A DNA stretch of 64,000 nucleotides from Pelomyxa schiedti (Eukaryota > Protista > Evosea), in the NCBI GenBank assembly GCA_020536535.1, contig JAHLWZ010000830.1:1-64000 (forward strand), in the 5' to 3' direction. The translations under genes were made by a program, and so were the position numbers. Positions 1 to 13,988 of this stretch are shown piece after piece; the stretch's first letter is position 1, and each line of letters opens with the position of its first letter. Below the pieces are notes generated by a model. The model made no database searches. It was given only the letters and a program-made list of their open reading frames with translations, and was not told where the DNA came from.

Positions 1-165
1 GGAAATTGCTCATAGATTCTATCATTTTCAAATCGGACCTACAGATTATGAACAGACACAATTCTCTCTTCTTACCTTGAGAGGCTCTAGGCAAGCATAC
101 AGAGTACTTTCTGAGGTGCAGGAGATTAATATCAACTCCAGATTCAGTAGTACTTTCACAATCAT
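1..165 (-). CDS. Partial hypothetical protein running off the window start
   Basis: Open frame MIVKVLLNLELILISC...EPLK joined by a GTAAGA..TGTAG intron (39-75) in phase 0 to VRFENDRIYEQF. No family recognised. Confidence 0.25.
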
Positions 166-976
166 CAACAGGATCTCATATTCTTTTCGTATTGGGAGTG
201 GTGGTGAGACGCAGCGACGCTCCTTCCTTCACATAAAGTGGCACCCGTGAGAGTGCGTGCAAGGCGCGGGTGACGTCACTGTAAGATCTGCGACGTGTCC
301 TACGGCAAATACAAAAAAATAACAGCGCAACTGGGTAGCGCAGGTGGTCGGGGCAGCGACGACTAACAGCGGATCTGCGACAAGTAGTGCTGGTGGTGGT
401 TCTTTGTTATGTTATGCGTGCACTGGAAGTTACAAGTTCGTAATGTAATGAGAGAGCAGCCCCAGAGAAAATTAGTCTGGGGGAGAGAGAAGCTGGTATT
501 ACGAAAATCGAGGGTTGCAGGAACAAACTGGGCGGAGCTGACAGCTGACATTGCACAAGCGACGGCGGAGCAGGGAGCCACCAGTTGCGGCGGGGCATGA
601 TTTACACGGACGTCACAAGGGGGCATACCCGCCGCCTGCACCGTCCGAACCGACCACCCGAGGAGGGTGGTGGTGGGACCCATCAGGTCGTAGTCAGTTA
701 TACACTGTGTATAACCGACACAACAACGGGGGGCGTATTTTGCCATATTCACCTCGGACGTCCGGAAACCCGACACCCCGTCAGTGGTGCACCACCAAAC
801 ACAGATCATTGTTGTTTATCGGTTTTTTATGTTTGCTTTTTTTTTTTTTGGTTAATCCCAAGCAGGGCACTGCCGCCAGTGGTTGACATACTCATGAGTG
901 AATGAAGGAGAACCCATATTTTGCAAAGTACAGAACCCCAGCACTGGTGGTTCCAATTCAACACAGGCCATCTGGA

Positions 977-1483
977 TTACGAGATGTTGATCTTGAGAGT
1001 CTGGGGCTGAGGAGGTGGTGCTGGCTTCTTGATGACCAACTTGAGCACGCCGTTGTCAAACGAGGCCGAAATTCCCGCGGGATCCACGCCCTTTGGTACG
1101 CTGAACGACCGGGAGAATGTGCCAAAGACACGCTCGACTCGATGCCATCGCTCCCCAGGGGTCGCCTCTCGGTCTTTTTTGCCCTTGATCGTGAGCACGC
1201 TGTCTGGGCTGAGATCTATGGCCACATCTTCCTTCCGAACTCCAGGGAGTTCCATAAGTACCTTTTTGTTGTGTTAGATGTTGTGTGTATTTTATTTACG
1301 ACGAATGTGTTTGATATTATTAATGATAATGTATTGTTGTTTGTTGAGTACCTGATATGTGGCTTCACTTTCGAATAGGTCAGTACGGGGATACCACAAG
1401 CCTGTTGATGATGGCTGCTCAACATCGGATCTCCTGTGCTGGAAGAACTCTGACCAGGGATCTTGTCCAAAGAGCAAGTCCAT
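977..1483 (-). CDS. hsp20: Small heat-shock protein (HSP20/alpha-crystallin domain), about 138 aa, 2 exons
   Basis: Exon 1 (1352-1483) WYPRTDLFESEATYQ, GTACTC..AAAAG intron (1262-1351), exon 2 VLMELPGVRKEDV...WHRVERVFGTFSRSFSVP...ASFDNGVLKLVIKK, the typical alpha-crystallin motifs. Confidence 0.93.
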
Positions 1484-1876
1484 TGTGTTTTGTGTTGTTG
1501 TGCTTGTTCTTGTTTAGAGGGTGTGATGCTTGTTTGTTGGCTAGTCTTTGTAATTTGCTTCCTCTCCTCTTCACTTTTTTGCTTTATGTTGAAGAAATGA
1601 TTTGCAAACGACGCTGAGTTTAAATGCCGTCATCCACCGTATCCACACTAAATTTCCCTTGGACAAACACAAAAGCCCTGCAAAAATTCCATGAAATTCT
1701 CGTCTAAACGATAGAACCGTTTTTCTAAGCTCTGTTTCCGTTCGAAACTCCTGGACGTGTGCCTTGGGAGTACCCGTGGTGCTCCCTCCTTCAGTCTCCG
1801 ACTACCCCTTTCTCAGCACTTGTTCATCAGAAAAAACTTGCAGATCCACAGTAGCAAATTACGTTCGTTTCGCGAA

Positions 1877-4800
1877 ATGCCTTTGGCACGACCACCGAGG
1901 AAGAAGCCGCGTATCGCCGACGCGAACGACGTGGTGACGAGATCAAAGCAAAAACGCAGCAACAACAGAAACAGAGTGCCGGATAATGTGTCATTGGCGA
2001 CGGCGGGCGAAGATCCGGCGGATGACAAAAAGGCCGCAAATAAAAAGACCCGGGCACAGAGGGAGGACACGCTGCACATGCGTAAGCACAAGGAACGTAA
2101 GGAGCAACCAAGGTCGAAACCGGTGGAGTACGTACCTCCGGCACCCCCCACGACAAAGTACGCTCTCGCCGCCGCTACGGGAGATTACTCCTCGATCTTT
2201 GGATCTCTGGCTTGTTCTTTGAGCGAAGAAGCGCGTGCGTCTTTGGGCATTGGCGGGATCGCCGACGGAATCCACGAGAAGCCGGTGGTGAAGAAAACCA
2301 AGAGCGCGAGGCAACATGAAAACCAGAGACGGAGGAGGAAGGAGCAGATGCAACAGGCTTGCTTTACAAACTCGGTTCCATACGGAGGCGCTTTGTGTAT
2401 CAAGGATGATGCTGCTACTGCTACTGCTGCGGAAGAAGCAACGAACAAACCAGCGGCGACGGGCAGCGTGCCCAGCGAACTCGGCAAAAAGAGGAAGAGA
2501 ACACCTGAAAAGCGAAAGAAGGAGAAGCTGAAGAAACAGTTGAAACGAGCAAAAGAAAGAGAAACAAAACTGCTGGGAGAGGCAAACGTGGTGAAAGCTG
2601 AGACCGCTGAAGATGGAGCAGATGGGTTCTCCAAGTACTTTGCTGCTTTGTCCGAAAATTCCACAGGAATGCCTTCACCCAACAATGTGGTTCTGGATGC
2701 TGGCAACGACGATACTTGTGACAAGTCGATTCAGCACTTGGGTGGCTGCAGTGATGACGATGATGATAGCGACACTGATGCGAATCGTTTGGTGATATTC
2801 CCAAAAGACAAGTCTTCAACTCGCGGGCAGCAAGCCCAAATTAGTGAGCACAGTCACAAAATGATCAGAGGCCTTGCACGAGAGAGAAAGGGTCCCCAGT
2901 GTATTTCTCGCAGTGAAGATGAGGTTTAGTTTACGTTTCGTTCTCAAAAGTAATGCTGAACAGAAAGCCTCCTCAGCCAAAAGATTATCTAAGTTCAAGG
3001 TTTTCAAGCCAATCAAACAAAAAAACGAAACACCACCACAGAAACCAACTCTAAGTTTTTTACCGTTCCCCAGGAAAAGATGAAAAAATTTTCTGAAAGA
3101 AAGGCTGTAATGGAGTCTCTAATGTATTTAATAAAACATTTCTTTACTATTTTCTGATAACCGACTGCCAACTCATTCATCAGTGCGACTGCCATACCAA
3201 AGGAGCAAGTGCATCTGTACCATTCATCAGCAACCTTGGGACAGGTAGCAATATATCCCGAGTTGATCAACAAAAACTAAAGTACACCCCACTTTCACTG
3301 TAGAAAGAAACCACCAAACAACATTCCCGACGTTTATTCAACGAAATGAAAGCTGGGATCAGTATTACAACCCCAAGATTCAATATATTGGAGGAAGTTA
3401 AAGTTGAGCCCAGTGCCACTTGGGAACCGGATCAACCCACAGCACTTCCCCCACCTCTCACTCCTGAAGAGGAGCAGCGTGTCCAAGAAATGGTCTGTTC
3501 TTTCTGTCTCATCTCCTGTAACTCCTTGTCCAGAAAGAAAAGAAAAAACACAAAAAACTCAAAGAAAAGCCTGCAAAGGCATCAGCAGTAAAAAATTCTC
3601 TGTTTGCATTTACGCACAACGAGCATGCATCTATGGACGACAATCGGGATGAGGCTTGGTTTGCTGAGCAATCCAAAAAATTGTGCCTGAAAGTACTTTC
3701 AGTTCAACTTCAGCATTTTTCGTTTACTTTTTGGACTGTTAGGAACCCGTTAATACAGAGGATAATGATGTTTTACCCACTGAGGTGGAAAAAGTTAATA
3801 CGGAGGCTTTACCCACCAAGGTGGAGTCAGTACCTGCAGCAGAACCCATTTTCTCTCCTGAACCGCCTTCAGAAGAAGAAACCACATCCCCACTAACTTG
3901 TGTGAAAGAGAAAGATGGCCTACCAACTGTACCTTGTGAAATTAAAGTACCTGTGCAAGAATCCACCCAGTCACACACTGCTACCACTCAAACCTCACCT
4001 GCTGCAGTTGCCTCTTTTGGGTGGGGACCACTTCGCAAAGATGATGGAAAAACTCTTAGCGTCCAAATTGAGGAGTGTGCTGACAAACGTACCTCTGAGG
4101 AAGCTGAACCCCCTCTTCCTGAATGTAGTGTGGATGTCTCAGAAGATCTTTCAGTGAACATACTGCCTTCCGAGAATTTCCTTTTTCCCTTGCTGAAGAG
4201 CAAGAAGTATGAGTGCAGACTCTCCGCAAAGGAGATAAAGCAACGGAAATTAAGAAGTGTACAACGTGGAGCAAAGCTTGTGTTTGTTCAGGAAATGAAA
4301 CCTCTGACATACAATGTAATGAACTTCTTTTTGCGTCCCTTCTTTATGTTCCTTATTAATAACACCTCAAATTTTTAGATGTTCAGAGTGGAGGTTCAGA
4401 GACCAGAAGAAATACAAACAGCGAGACTTGCACTTCCTATTCATGCTGAAGAATCCGTACGAGACTTAAACTTTTTCCACTTCATCGATTGGTCCCCACT
4501 CTCATTTCTCATGGGTTTTTTTTTTTTTACAGGCAGTTATGGAGGCAATCCAAGAAAATCCCGTATCAATTATTTGTGGAGAGACTGGTTCTGGAAAAAC
4601 AACACAGGTCCCCCAGTTTCTCTATGAAGCTGGTTTTGGAAATAAACAAAGCAGTAAAATCCCCCTCTCACTTTTCTCTGCGCCAACTCCCAAAAGAAAA
4701 TCCTGGAATCATCGGAGTTACGCAGCCTCGGCGTGTTGCTGCTATCTCAATGGCTTATCGTGTTGCTTATGAATTAAATTTCCCTATTGGTCAGGAAGTG

Positions 4801-7800
4801 GCATACCAGGTATACTATCACCTCTTGTTGTCCTGGCCCCAAGACTGACTTAGAAACCAGATCCGTTTCGACTCGCTTGTTCAACCGACAACGCAAATCA
4901 AATTCATGACAGACGGTATTCTAATGAGGGAAATACAAACGGATTTTCTATTGACAAAATATTCCGTTATCATACTGGATGAAGCCCATGAGCGGAACAT
5001 AAACACTGGTATTCAGAAAAAGCCACACCCACTCAAATACTAATTCACAACTCAAACTAACACCAAAAGATATTTTAATTGGCTTGCTCTCGAGAATTGT
5101 GCCCTTGAGAAACAAACTAGCAGCAGAACGGAAAGCTGCAGTAGATGGGGGAGTATGTAATTTTTCTTGTTGTTATTTTCCCTTTGTAACCGTGGAACTT
5201 CTAGGAACCGGTTTTACCCCTGAAACTCGTTGTGATGTCTGCAACATTGCGGGTTGAAGATTTTACTGCCAATCAAAAACTGTTTCCAGTCCCCCCACCA
5301 GTTGTGAAAATTCCATCAAGGCAGTACCCGGTTAAGCCTCAAAAATATTGATACCAGTTGGTTCCCTAACATTGAATTTCAGGTGACTGTCCACTATAAC
5401 AAACGCACACCAACGGATTATGTTATGGAGGCCTTCTCAAAAGTCTGCAAGATCCACACAAAACTTCCAAGTGGAGGTATCTCTTTGCAGAATTCTTTTG
5501 GTTAATTTCTGAAGATCAACCGTTTGTTGTCAGGAATTTTGGTCTTTTTAACTGGGCAGCAGGAGATTGAACAGCTCTGCCGCAAGTTGAAAGAAAGATT
5601 TCCATCAAGGCAAAGTAGTGCTGCTCGCCACGAGCCTCTCCAAGTTCTTCCAATGTCAGTCCCTACAATTTTGAACAACACAATCCTAACACCATGTAGG
5701 TTTGCAGCATTGAGTCCAGAGAAACAACAAAGAGTTTTTCAGAATCCAAAACCTGGTTCCAGACTTTGTGTGGTAGCAACTAACGTGGCGGAGACTGCAA
5801 TTACGATCCCTGGGGTCTCTTATGTTGTTGACTGTGGCAAAGCCAAACAAGTTCCCTGCCAGCTTTTTTACTAATTCTCCTGATTGGCTGCTTAGAGAGT
5901 CTATGATAAAGTAACCGGCACATCTGCATTCATCATCGACTGGATTTCCAAAGCATCAGCAGATCAAGTAACCTTCCTCCATTACTTCTGCTGTCCTTTT
6001 CGTCGTTCTTACACCATGATCTCCAGAGAGCTGGAAGAGCTGGACGTACATCAGCGGGCCACTGTTACAGACTGTACAGTTCAGCCGTTTTCACTGACAC
6101 CTTTGAACAGCACACTCCTCCAGAAATTCTACGCATCCCCATTGAGAATGTGGTTCTCCAAATGAAAGCCATGAACCTAGACAATGTAACCGCGTTCCCG
6201 TTCCCCACACCACCTCAACGAGATTCCCTAGAAACTGCCAACAAGGTTATTTATGAAGACACTTCATAAAAAAACAAAAATTTCTCAATTACATCAGGTA
6301 CTTATCAACCTTGGTGCTATAGACCCAAAAACCGAGAAAATCACAAAAATTGGGGAGTCAATGGCGCACATTCCTGTTCACCCACGTTTTGCCAAAATGT
6401 TTCTTTTTCCACCATAGTCAAATGTCTTTCCTCATCATGTCATTAAAAAGGTTGCTCCTGTCAAAAGAAACCGAATGCTTCTCTTGGATGGCGTCCATTG
6501 TTGCAGCCTTCAGTGTGCACTCTTTGTTTTCTCTTTTACTGGGCCGTGATTCCGACTTGGAGGCACAAGACCAAGGAGAAGACCAAGCTGCTGCAGCACA
6601 AAGCAACAAAAGTGACGATTCAACAACAATCAGACCAGGTTTTATGAGCATACTAGTTTCCTTATGTAATTTCCCCTTAGTAATTCCCGCACGAGTGCGC
6701 AATAAAGAGATGTACAATACTGTTTGGGCTAATAAAGATTCTGATCTTCTGGCATCTCTCAAGTACAACATTCCTGATGTTAGTCTTTTATTTAAATTCT
6801 TCTTTCCAGGGCAGTTGAAAGCTGCCGGCTGGCCATCAGCAAGGGGTCATCCACTCGCGAGTTCTGTGAAAAATATCACCTTCATCAACAGGTAATGCTG
6901 GTTTTGCAGTAGGAACCTTCCTCACACTGCTTAGTCAATGTCAGAGATCCTCGATCTTCGTGAGCAACTGCTCCGAGTTATAGATCTCACTGACCCTACG
7001 GAAATCACCCTGCCAAATACCCGCCAAGAACTGTTGATTCGACAACTGATTGCCTCTGGCTTTGTTGATCAAGTTGCTCGTTTAATGTCACCAGATGAAG
7101 GTAAAACGGAAACTGCTTTTTTAAAAGCATTGAAACCACGTTAGCACAAGAGAGGCAGAAAGGACCCTCTTACCCCTTCCGAACATTTTCTACACCAGGA
7201 ATGGTGTTCGTACACCCAAGCAGTTTCTTATATCTTGAGGTATGTGATGTTGCTTTGAGGATCACTTTTTGAAACCACCATGACACAGCCCCCTGATTTC
7301 ATTGTCTACCATGAAATCATAGTAGGCAAGTATGCCTACATGCGTGGTATAACAAGAATACACCCTCTGTGGTTACCATCTTTGGCCCCCCACCTTATTG
7401 CCCGCACAGAAACTCTAGATAATCCTCCCCCATTCTATGACCCGAAATCGGGGTATGGCGCATGTCCACTTTTCTTCTCGTTGATTTACATACAACGCAG
7501 GGAAGTACATTGCCATGTGCGCGCATACTACGGGCCAGATGCATGGCCACTGCCGGCCGACTCTCAGGCATGCCCCAACCGAATTGAGAAATACAGATAC
7601 TTTGTCCAAGCCCTACTTCAAGGCAAAGTTCTACCACTCGGGAAGGCTCAAGTACGATTTGCCAATACCGTAGCATGAACGTGAAGCACTCACTTAGCAC
7701 AGAGATACCTGACAAGTGGAGTAAACACCATAACGAGATTCAATCAACCAAGGATCACCGGGTTAGTTCAACCACTAATTTCTCTGGAAGTGGACTCCAA

Positions 7801-8013
7801 GGAGAAAATTCTTGCAAAATGGTACCACATACCAACTCCGAAGCTATTTTCGTTACACTCACTTCACACAGGAAAGAAGACTCACAGTTTCTTCTGCCCC
7901 AAATACTTCCCTTTGTGGAAGCAGATGACCTCGATCGCTTCAAAGATGCATGGCTCGATGCCATCACCACAGCCAGTTCCCAGATAGAACAGGAATCACC
8001 AGAGCAACACTGA
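1877..8013 (+). CDS. DHX37: DEAH-box RNA helicase DHX37/Dhr1 (SSU processome), multi-exon, with long N-terminal extension
   Basis: Motifs [50 protein letters not shown] and QRAGRAGR are spread over GT-AG exons. The NRLVIFPK segment resembles the DHX37 N-terminus. The join of 1877-2929 to the helicase exons is inferred. Confidence 0.88.
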
Positions 8014-8187
8014 CAACACAAACCTAGCCCACGCTGCACTATCATTAATTGTGCAAGCGAAACGGAAAAGAGGCTCCTAAAATTTTGGCTTGGAACAAAA
8101 AGAACACAAGCGTTTGCAACAGAAAACATTTGTTTTATTTTTTACAGTAGGCGGGCAACAGGACTTAACCAGTTGCTCCTGCCGTCT

Positions 8188-8790
8188 TCATGATTTCTCG
8201 TGTGATTTTATTTGTTGGCACTCGGGAATCTCAGGGTCTGTCTCAGGTTCAGTACCAGTTTCGGTTTCAGTTTCTTCCTGGTTTGGGGGTAGGATTTCAA
8301 GTTCCAGAAGTGAATTGGTTTGCGTGAGTGGTAAGGGAATTGGAGGCGCCACTGCTGCCGGAGAACGTTCGTATTTAAGGTAAGGCTGAGGCACATGAGG
8401 AGGTCGGGGCTGAGGGTAGTCTGTGCAACGTAGAGGCTGTGGCACAAGCACTGAAGAAGTAACAACGGTAACTGAGCCTTGGGTGCAAGCTGTGCCGGGC
8501 AGTGCTTCAATTTTTGGAGGGCTTCGAGGTCGAGCAGAAGAACTTTTAGAATCTACGGTTAACAAGACAAACTGAATGGAGGAAGGTGTTAGTGTGAGCG
8601 ATTGCCTCCCAAAAGGCAGTGCGTAGTGTCTGAGTGCACGAGGATTTGTAAGTGTAGGTTGGAATGCCACCCAGACAATATCCGGGTGACTCTCCAACCT
8701 TCACTCCCTCCCAAAACAAATCTCGGATTGCACGTCCAATGGTTCCCGGGGTACGCATTGGGGGTATCCTGAAGTTCGCCATGCATCTCA
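8188..8790 (-). CDS. Hypothetical protein or disrupted gene with Pro/Glu/Thr-rich C-terminus
   Basis: ORF 8188-8697 ends ELEILPPNQEETETETGTEPETDPEIPECQ. It has no in-frame ATG (TGA just upstream), and I could not resolve the start exon. Confidence 0.3.
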
Positions 8791-8850
8791 GCCATTGGGA
8801 TGTGCAGTACAAGTAGTGAGAGTGAAGCAAGCGGGGAAAAAGTTAAGGAA

Positions 8851-8884
8851 ATGGACAAGCCTCCTATCGTCGTCATCGACAATG
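8851..8884 (+). pseudogene. Orphan actin/Arp-like first exon MDKPPIVVIDNG
   Basis: Matches the actin-family phosphate-1 start (xxVIDNG). It is followed by a GTAACG..TTTTCAG intron-like segment (8885-8928), but the downstream sequence hits a stop within about 12 codons. Confidence 0.4.
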
Positions 8885-8961
8885 GTAACGTATACTGGCA
8901 TTCTTTTCTGGTTTTCTATTATTTTCAGCAATCGATCGAGGTTCTGCTGATCGTTTCTGAA

Positions 8962-9594
8962 TCAAGTTAGTGAAAATAGAATTCTATTCGCGACTGACCT
9001 GGAAGGCTTAGATTCACAATATGGGAGTCGCTTGTCGCGGGGGACTCGGGTCTTTGGTTTAATTCTCAATGTGCTGTTATGATCAAGGATTTCAAAGTTA
9101 AATGCTCTATCAACGAGACCAGCAACCTCGAAAGGCTTTTGGCCTGTTGCTCGCCTGTAAGGCGCAGCATTCATCTGCTTTCTACGGGTTCTGCATTGGG
9201 CTTCGCGTCTCTGTGGCGCCGCTATTGGTTGCTTTTCTGATCTTGGAAGAGCCGTAGCACAGTACAAATGTGTTGGAGGTAAACCATTTCCGTTCGGACG
9301 TATAGGCGGAGGCGGATAATATAGGAAGGGTGTCGGCATCGGCGTAGGCATCGGCATCGGCGTAGGCATCGGCATCGGCATCGGCGTCCAATGGGGCTTT
9401 TCGGCCGGAGGCGTAGGCATCGGCATCGGCGTAGTGGGGAAAAAACTGTTCACAGCTGGGAAAGGCGGAGGTGGGGGCGGCATCGGTGTCGTAGATCCGT
9501 AAGCAAAGCGAGGACAGATCTGAGGGGAACCTATAGTCCAAGTGGGAACGCAGCCGAAATTGTTGTCGTAGACAGTAGCGGTAACTGTATTCAT
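8962..9594 (-). CDS. Single-exon proline-rich protein with (MP)n/MPT repeats, 210 aa
   Basis: ATG preceded by an A/C-rich leader and TTTAAATA. Intact ORF with PPPPPP and TPMPMPMPTPMPMPTPMPTP, and a basic C-terminal half. Confidence 0.55.
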   Translation of the reverse strand: MNTVTATVYDNNFGCVPTWTIGSPQICPRFAYGSTTPMPPPPPPFPAVNSFFPTTPMPMPTPPAEKPHWTPMPMPMPTPMPMPTPMPTPFLYYPPPPIRPNGNGLPPTHLYCATALPRSEKQPIAAPQRREAQCRTRRKQMNAAPYRRATGQKPFEVAGLVDRAFNFEILDHNSTLRIKPKTRVPRDKRLPYCESKPSRSVANRILFSLT

Positions 9595-9930
9595 TGTGGC
9601 GCTTGTGCGGTCAGGAATTTTCTATTTAAATTAAAGAAAATATGCGCTTTTCTTATATTGAATTGCTTCTTTGATCTTGGCCTGCAACTGCAACCCCTGA
9701 GTGCCCTTGACACCTCAATCGGGTGACGTTTCTCTACATCTGGTACACATCTGAATGATTTCTATGGTGGAGAAGAGGTTCTCTGGCAACAACAGATGTT
9801 CTGATGGGCCATTCATTTTTGGGTCAAACAATAGATGGCGTGGTGTATTGTCCCGGTGGACACCTGTAGGTAGTTTGCCATCAATGCCTGTGTTACCGTA
9901 AATGCGACCACATCCCATGGCTGAATATTA

Positions 9931-10750
9931 TTGCACCCGATGCTGCAAGAACCAGCGCCGAGGATGAGTGAGGACTGCGACCTGGTGGCTTGTGCTTGTG
10001 GGGACCAAATAACACCCTCGCTCATTTCGAGCTTTGTTGTGTACAATGAGATGGTGCCTGGATGCGTGGGTCCATTCTTTGGAAGGTTATTTGAGATGGC
10101 ATCAAGAAAGCTTCAGCATGGCCCAAATTTGACTGCTTTGTACTCCTCAACTCACATTCTCAAGAGGCTGATGTGGATTCCAAACTGCAGGCACTTATTC
10201 GTTCCATTTGCACACGAACTGCGAAATGATGATGGTAGAGAAGGCATCAGAAATCTTATCGTGTTGCATCAACCTAGTGGAAGTGCTCCCACAGTTTGCT
10301 CATGACCTCTGCGATCCCTTTGTGTCAAAGCTCAATGAAACCTATGAACCCGAAATGTTGACGCGTCTACTTGAATGGTTGAATGGATGGGACGTTTTGC
10401 CTCTTCATGCTTCAAATGAACTTGTTGAATCCCTCAAACAGAGTAACATCACAACTGGCATCATCACCAACCTCCTCCAGGTTTGCAAAAGGATTACCCT
10501 GCAGGAGGTTACCTATGATTTAGTGATCCCTAACGAACTCAAGTCTGTTACAACTTTGTTTGATTATCCCGAGAAGAAAAGGCTGCTTATCTCAGGCAAC
10601 TTCAGATTTCTTCCAGGAGCCCCGGCTTGAGATGAGAGTGAGGCACGTTTATTTGGGTCCAGACTGTGCCCCACAATAACTGACAGCTTCTCCACAGTAT
10701 TGGCGAGGTTACTGACAGTGAAGGACATGATGGTGATGGTGTGAGGAGTC
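9931..10750 (+). pseudogene. Disrupted helical-repeat (HEAT/importin-beta-like) coding relic
   Basis: LVACACGDQITPSLISSF resembles importin-beta LLATCCEDDIVPHVLPF (by eye). Protein-like helical text switches frame near 10200-10240 and reads through a TGA at 10628-10630. Confidence 0.3.
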
Positions 10751-11053
10751 TTCTCGTTCCGTAGCCGGTGAGTACAGCAATTGTCACCTTGGAAATTTCT
10801 GGTCACGAACGCACGGTTTTGGGCAATAGCAGGCGCACCCATCAGCTTCTCCCTTTCTGTGAACAAGGGTCCTTCTTGGAATGCCACTCTGTACACTTCA
10901 TTCTATCATTCCTTTACCCAGTGCACTGTTCTGAGCGACGAGAATTACCCGCATTGTGAAGACAAAGAAAAAAAAAGAACAAAATAAGGAACACGAAGTC
11001 TCTAGTTGTAGCAGAAAGTGCATTTAATTGTGGGGGTCAGTATCAAAGAGAAT

Positions 11054-12223
<1,170 letters not shown>

Positions 12224-12516
12224 TTACGAAGGTGTCGCCTGTTTGTTGTGGTTTTTATTTTTTTTTTTTTGTTCGCTTTCTTGTTTTTTAACTTCCACTT
12301 TGTAACTGGCCAATTGGTTCTATTTAAAGTCTTCACCAATTAGATTCATTTTTGGGCACCAGCTTCTCCCGCCATCACAGAGACCCTACCGATGTCGGTT
12401 AGCCAACTGTGTGCTTAGCGGTGCTTAGCTCTCTCAGACTTCCCTGCCGTTTCGATTCTTAAGATCTCTCCCCTTAACCGAAAACAACAAAGCGTGGAAT
12501 TGGTGACAACACGCCA

Positions 12517-13743
12517 ATGGCCGCAACGGAAAACTGCTACGAAGTCGGCTGGTCGCCACGCCAATTGGTGGACATTAAAGCACTTGAAACTCACGCCGTG
12601 CACCGTTTCGTGGACGTCGACCCACACGTAACTTTTTTTTTTTTCTTCCTATGCGAATTGTTGAGGAATACAGTGCAGTATACATTACTGGATTTATGGT
12701 ACTGGTCCGGAACATGTCATTTTTCTTGAGGGACTTGATTCCACACACTACGGTTGGGAAGAGGTACTGTACTGTCTTCGGCATTTCGTCATTTAAAATC
12801 AACTGCACTGACGAGGCTCACAACACAAAAAAGCAAATAAGATTCTTCGCCTCTATTACAAACAAGGAGGGCCAACCGAGGTTCTCAGTAGCGGCCATTG
12901 ATAACCGAGGTTCTGGAAGATCGACGATACTCACTGCAAACACTCAATCAACCACAACGTCTTCAACTGCCACTTCCACTTCAGCCGAATCCAATCCCTA
13001 TGTGTGGTCGATTGCCACAATGGCACATGACACATCACTGATGCTTCAGGACTGTGGATGGTGGGAGCAAGGCGGTATTCACGCAGTGGGCCTTTCTATG
13101 GGTGGAATGATTGTGCAAGAGTTGTGGCTCATCGATCCCTCGCGTTTTGCATCTGTTTCTCTTGTATCCACAAGTGGGGGTGATCTTCATTGGTGGAATG
13201 TGTTGCCAATGTCTGCAATATGGGGACTACTTGGAATGGAACTCTTGTGCTGGAGCCGTGAATCAAAGAGGAGGCAACTAATTTCGTTAATGTATAGCCC
13301 CAGTTACACATCTTCCAACGAGGTATCATATTGAGATGTAGTGTTGCATTACAGTAACTTATGTTCAGGACTACCTGTGGAGAAAAATGACCAGAAGGGA
13401 AGAATTGAGCGGTGATTCTGTTCCCGCCGCATCTAAAGCTCAGACGGATGCTATCTTCAAGCACTACACATTAAAAAGGCTTGGTGAAGCAAGAGCACTG
13501 CAACAGCGATCCGGAAATGGCACCAGGTTCATTGTGATGTGCGGAACCGGGGATAAAATGCTCAGTCCTTCCTGCTCACAACAACTGGCGCGATACATAG
13601 GATGCAAACTCCTTCAATTCGATGGAGCAGGCCACCAGCTTAATGACGAGTGCATAGACCAAGTCAATAAGGTTCTCCTAGACCACTTTACTGGAAACTC
13701 GACAGGCATCGTGGTAACAGAATCCACTGCTCCCTTTTTCTAA
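12517..13743 (+). CDS. Alpha/beta-fold hydrolase, multi-exon
   Basis: Spliced reading YWIYGTGPEHVIFLEGLDSTHYGWEE / QIRFFAS...IDNRGSGRS, nucleophile elbow VGLSMGG, acid motif GTGDKM and catalytic His in GAGHQL. Confidence 0.88.
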
Positions 13744-13988
13744 GGACCAAACAATCAAAATCCAAACACAAAGGACTAAGTGCAAAATACAATGTGTTTC
13801 TACTAGACACAAATTTCAGCCCACCTCTTACCCCCTGAATATTCCAAAACCTGGTACCCGATATGGTTGTTTTCTCGGTGTTTGGAAGAAGCGTGGGTAT
13901 TGATTTTCCCGGAACGTTCATACTGGCTCAAACATCACAATTTTCGTTTTTGTGAACCACAACCCCAACACAACAAAAAGAAAAAAAA

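Noticed and set aside
363-905. Overlapping ORFs on both strands between the first gene and HSP20
   Set aside because: No recognisable motifs and no strand or frame clearly favoured.
1600-1760. Heat-shock elements upstream of HSP20
   Set aside because: GAA/TTC triplets are present but not in the nGAAnnTTCn spacing.
9660-10750. Stop-codon reassignment or readthrough as an explanation for in-frame stops in the relics
   Set aside because: Conserved genes here (ubiquitin, RPL36A, Sar1, CLC, HSP20) terminate at standard stop codons with no internal stops, and the relics also need frameshifts.
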